Source of the DNA: the human T2T-CHM13v2.0 reference genome, Homo sapiens | Strand: one strand, 5' to 3' | Length of the DNA stretch: 64,000 bases | NCBI RefSeq assembly: GCF_009914755.1 | Contig: NC_060929.1 | Shown here: positions 58,747 through 64,000 of the stretch, one piece after another | Position numbering within the stretch: the stretch's first letter is position 1 | Layout of the letters: the number at the start of each line of letters is the position of its first letter | Translations under genes and position numbers: made by a program | The notes under the pieces: model-generated | What the model was told of the DNA's origin: nothing | Database searches by the model: none | The model's input: only the letters and a program-made list of their open reading frames with translations

Positions 58747-59638
58747 GTATGGGGTAAGAGATTTCATGGAAATTAAAATTATAAAAATTTTCTTTAGATA
58801 GTTGGGAATAAAAGTTGTTGACTTGAAATTACAAAGTACTGTTACTGATATTAAAACAGATACAAGAACTTACATTAACATTAGATTTGTTCGTATCTTA
58901 TTAGTCTCCTGTTTACACATTTTCTTTAACCTGGGATGTAATCATTTCAGATATCCTCAGTGGTGATAAATCTGTCTTCTGTTTACTTCTATAAAATTTT
59001 TATTTAAAATATTTCATAAACCAGCTATATATTAAATTCTGCCCACAACATTCTCATCTACACGCAGGCAGTCTCATTTCTGTTTGTCTTTTACAAACTT
59101 TCTGTTTGTTTTTTCTGAGACAGGGTCTTGCTCTATTGCCCAGGCAACAGAGTCCAGGAGTGCAATGGCAGTATTATGGCTCTCTGCAGCCTCGAAATCC
59201 TGAGCTCAAGTGATTCTCCCACATCACCCTCCCCAGTAGCTGGGACTACAGGTGTGTGCCACCAAACCCAGATAATTTTTTTTTTTTTTTGAGACGGAGT
59301 CTCACTGTCTCCCAGGCTGGAGTGCAGTGGCGTGATCTTGGCTCACTACAAGCTCTGCCTCCCAGGTTCACGCCATTCTCCTGCCTCAGCCTCCTGAGTA
59401 GCTGGGACTGCAGGTGCCCACCACCATGCCCGGCTAATTTTTTGTATTTTTAGTAGAGATGGGGTTTCACCGCGTTAGCCAGGATGGTCTCTGTCTCCTG
59501 ACCTCGTGATCTGCCTGCTTTGGCCTCCCAAAGTGCTGGGATTACAGGCGTGAGCCACCGCACCCGGCCTGATTTTCTGTTTTAAGTTAGCAAAAATTTG
59601 GAATGGAGTTTCACTGTGTTCACCAGGCTGGTTTCTAA

Positions 59639-60226
<588 letters not shown>

Positions 60227-60408
60227 TGAGACGAGGTTTTGTCATGTTGGCCAAGCTTGTCTTGAATTCCTGACCTCAAGTGATCCGTGTGCGTTGGCCT
60301 CTCAGAATGCTGGGATTACAGGCATGAGGGCACCATGCCTGGCCAATAACTTTATCTATGTATGCACACATTTCTATAATTTTTAACCATAATGTGTATA
60401 ATGTTTAA

Positions 60409-60657
<249 letters not shown>

Positions 60658-62671
60658 TGACCACGGTGGCACACACCTGTAATCCCAGCACTTTGTGAGG
60701 CCAAGGCTGGTGGCTTACTTTAGGCCAGGAGTTTGAAACCAGCCTGGCCAACATGGCGAAATCCCATCTCTACTAAAAATACAAAAAAATTAGCTGGGCA
60801 TTGTGACACATGCTTGTAATCCCAACTACTCGGGAGTTTGAGGCAAAAGAACCACTTGTACCCGGAAGGGAAGAGGTTGCATTGAGCCAAGATTGCACCA
60901 CTGCACTCCAGCCTGGGCAACAGAGCGAAACTCTGTCTCAAAAAAATAAAAAATTAAAAAAAAACCCTTTTCCTCTGAAACTATTAATTTACATTTTTTT
61001 GGGTCCAATTGATCTTTTTAATAGCTGTGTCATGTTAACATGTTATTGATTTACCTAATCAGTTCTCTACTAATGGATGTTCAGATTGTTTCTATTTTTG
61101 TTTGTTTTTTTAACTCTTGTACATTAGAAGCAAACAATTTTGTAAGTAAGGCTTTCTCAAGGAAACAAAGTATAAATTTCTAGAGACGGGTGGGATCGTT
61201 GGGTCAAATAATGTTTTAAATATTTTTGTGATTCTTGTTATGCATTGTCTTTTGTTATTTGTTATTTTTATTACTTTAAAAAATTTTCTGGTATGTCTGA
61301 GTCTCCTGAATTGTTATGCATTGTGAAACTGACAGTCATAAATAATCTATTTACATTGCTAAATGAATCTTTCTGTTTCCTTATAACTTTTCCAGAATTC
61401 TATTGTTACCATTTTTTTTAAACTAAAACACTTTTTAAGATGTTGGTTTGCTTCTTTTCCTGTTTTGTGAAATATCTTTTATCATAATCTTTATAGTACA
61501 GTTACATTATTCTAATCTTATGTTTATTGAATTGTAGAAAATTTGGAAAATACAGATTCATGTAAAAGTTAAAACAAAAATTACTTGTAATTTTTTTCTT
61601 TACCTTTTTTTCTTTGAAGTGTTGTAATCTTGTTTCTTTTTTTTTTTTTTTTTGAGGTTTAGTTTCACTCTTGTTGCCCCAGCTGGAGTGCATGGTGTGA
61701 TTTCGGCTCACAGCAACCTCCGCCTCCTGGGTTCAGGCGATTCCCCTGCCCTCAGCCTCCTGAGTGGCTGGGATTACAGGCATGCGCCACCATGCCCGGC
61801 TAATTTTTTGTATATTTAATAGAAACGGGGTTTCACCATGTTAGCCAGGCTGCTCTCGAACTTCTGACCTCAGGTGGTCCACCTGCCTCAGCCTCCGAAA
61901 GTGCTGGGATTACAGGCGTGAGCCACCATGCCCAGCCATTCCTTCTAATACTTGTAATTTCATTATTCCCTTGCAACCAATCTTTTCACATATCTCCTTA
62001 CAGATTTTCTTTTACACAACTGAATCATGGTTTCAATACAGTTTTGTATCCTTTGGTAATTAACATTTCAGAAATATTTTTCTGAAATATTTAGTGTGAT
62101 TCCATTTTTCTTAAAAAAAAAAAATGTACATCAGGTGTGGTGGCTCACACCTGTAAGCCCAGCCCTTTGGGAGGCTGAGGCGGGCTAATCACCTGAGCCC
62201 AGGAATTTGAAACAAGCCTGGGCAACATGGCAAGATCTGGTCTCTACAAAAAATGAAAAAATTAGCTGGGCATAGTGTGCACCTGTAGTCCCAGCTACTC
62301 AGGAGGCTGAGGTGGGAGGATCACCTGAGCCTTGGGGGTCAAGGCTGCAGTGAGCTATGATCATGTCACTGTACTCTAGCCTGGGCGACAGAGCATGACC
62401 CTGTCTCAAAAAAAAAAAAAAAATTCTCATCTGCATTTAGGATTTTTAGAAAATCTCCTCTAGTTAGAAGTACAAAAAATGAAGTTCTTATTTATTCATT
62501 TATTGAGATGGAGTCTCACTCTGTCACCCAGGCTGGAGTATAGTGGTGTGACCTCGGCTCACTGCAACCTCTACCTTTTGCGTTCAAAGAATTCTCCTGC
62601 CTTAGCCTCCCAAGTAACTGGGACTACAGGCACACGCTGCCATGCCTGGCTAATTTTTTGTATTTTAGTAG

Positions 62672-62797
<126 letters not shown>

Positions 62798-62872
62798 TAA
62801 TTTCCATTTGTTTATTACAAAGTTTGAACTGTTTATTGTAAGTAGATAAATTGTAGCAAATTAAATTCACAG

Positions 62873-62964
62873 AACCACGTGGAAAAAGATAAAATGAATA
62901 CATTGGACATTTTGAGAATGGAGACTACAGAGAGAGAGAATCCAGAAGCTGAAACTGTATCTGT
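62873..62964 (+). CDS. BDP1: BDP1 exon 14 (NHVEKDKMNTLDILRMETTERENPEAETVS)
   Basis: tcacag acceptor with a poor pyrimidine tract, GT|gtgagt donor; 92 nt; frame links exons 13 and 15. Confidence 0.93.
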
Positions 62965-63907
62965 GTGAGTATTCAGGAAGTAGTAAAAAAAAAAAAAAAA
63001 AAAGTAACTCTTAGGAATGATGGTAATAATTTGTTTTCTACTTAATAAGGTCTGAATTTAATTTTCAAGCAGCATACTTTAAGTTCGTTTTCAACCATAG
63101 GTGGTTTTGAAACATTCATAATACTCTCTCTGCTTGATATTGCTTATATAAATTTTATGAGTCTATTGAGTTAGCCATTACATTTGAATGTTTACAGTAT
63201 ATGCCCCTGGATAATTTTATTTATACTAAGAGATTTTAAAAGGGAATATTTAACTTGAAATAGAAATCTAAAATAGAATGTGAATCTGACTGGTGGATTC
63301 TGGGCTCTTCCAGGGGTTACCATTTATACTATGATTTGGGACTAATCCCCTGGAGTTCTACATTATTCTATAGTATCCTTAGTCAGGAGTAGTATTCTAT
63401 GCTTGGCAGATGTAGATTTTTCCAATTTTGTAATAAAATTCTATTTAAAAGTGCTTTTTCAAGAGGGCTTCCAGGATTATGTCTTTTTTTTTCTCTCTCT
63501 TTTTTTTTTTTTTGAGATGGAATCTCGCTCTGTCACGTAGTGGTGCAGTCTCTGCTCACTGCAACCTCTGCCTCCCGGTTTCAAGCGATTCTTCTGCCTC
63601 AGCCTCCCAAGTAGCTGATATTGCAGGCGCCCACCACCACACCTGGCTAATTTTTGTATTTTTAGTAGAGACAGGTTTAACCATGTCGGCCAGGCTGGTC
63701 TCGAACTTCTGACCTCAAATGATTCGCCCACCTCGGCCTCCCAAAGTGCTGGGATTACAGGTGCGAGCCACTGCGCCCGGGCGGATTATGTCTTTTCAGG
63801 AAACTTGTGAATTATTTCATATTCCAAATGGTTTACTTATTCATGCCAGGGAGAAGGAAATTGGTGACTTCAAAATAAACATTAATTTTATTTCTTTGTG
63901 GTTCTAG

Positions 63908-64000
63908 TTTGGGTGAAAAAAATTGTCTGCAGGAAGGGAGTCAACTAAAGGCTTTAAGACCTGTACAAGTGAGGGGCCGATTGCAAAAGCCAAAGCCAAA
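63908..64000 (+). CDS. BDP1: BDP1 exon 15, partial (LGEKNCLQEGSQLKALRPVQVRGRLQKPKP...), continues past the window
   Basis: ttctag acceptor; open frame to the window end. Confidence 0.93.

Overview
Human (primate) genomic DNA from the 5q13 BDP1 locus. From about 16.9 kb to the window end, the + strand carries the CpG-island promoter and coding exons 1-15 of BDP1 (TFIIIB subunit B''/TFIIIB150); exon 15 runs off the window. All exon boundaries were read by hand, are GT-AG and join into one frame of about 713 codons, including the SANT/Myb domain. The first 11.7 kb is AT-rich and Alu-poor. It holds a minus-strand 145-nt non-coding exon with a GC-rich 5' flank, most likely the duplicated CDH12 5'-UTR exon/LINC02197 of the 5p14-derived duplicon (inferred from recalled locus context). 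That block meets Alu-dense DNA abruptly at about 11.7 kb. The BDP1 introns contain dozens of Alus (many nested or inverted), L1 and DNA-transposon relics, a decayed SCP2 processed pseudogene, a Y3 RNA fragment and a tailless 5S rRNA retrocopy. Almost all ORFs in the supplied track are Alu or L1 artefacts. I found no convincing new biological system. The best leads are the SCP2 retrocopy, a 20-codon uORF in the BDP1 leader, a recurring R-x-R-[FL]-x-x-x-KPN-type protein motif, the duplicon junction, and an inverted Alu pair at a shared target site with a symmetry-breaking deletion. Repeat coordinates are approximate and subfamily names were assigned by eye.
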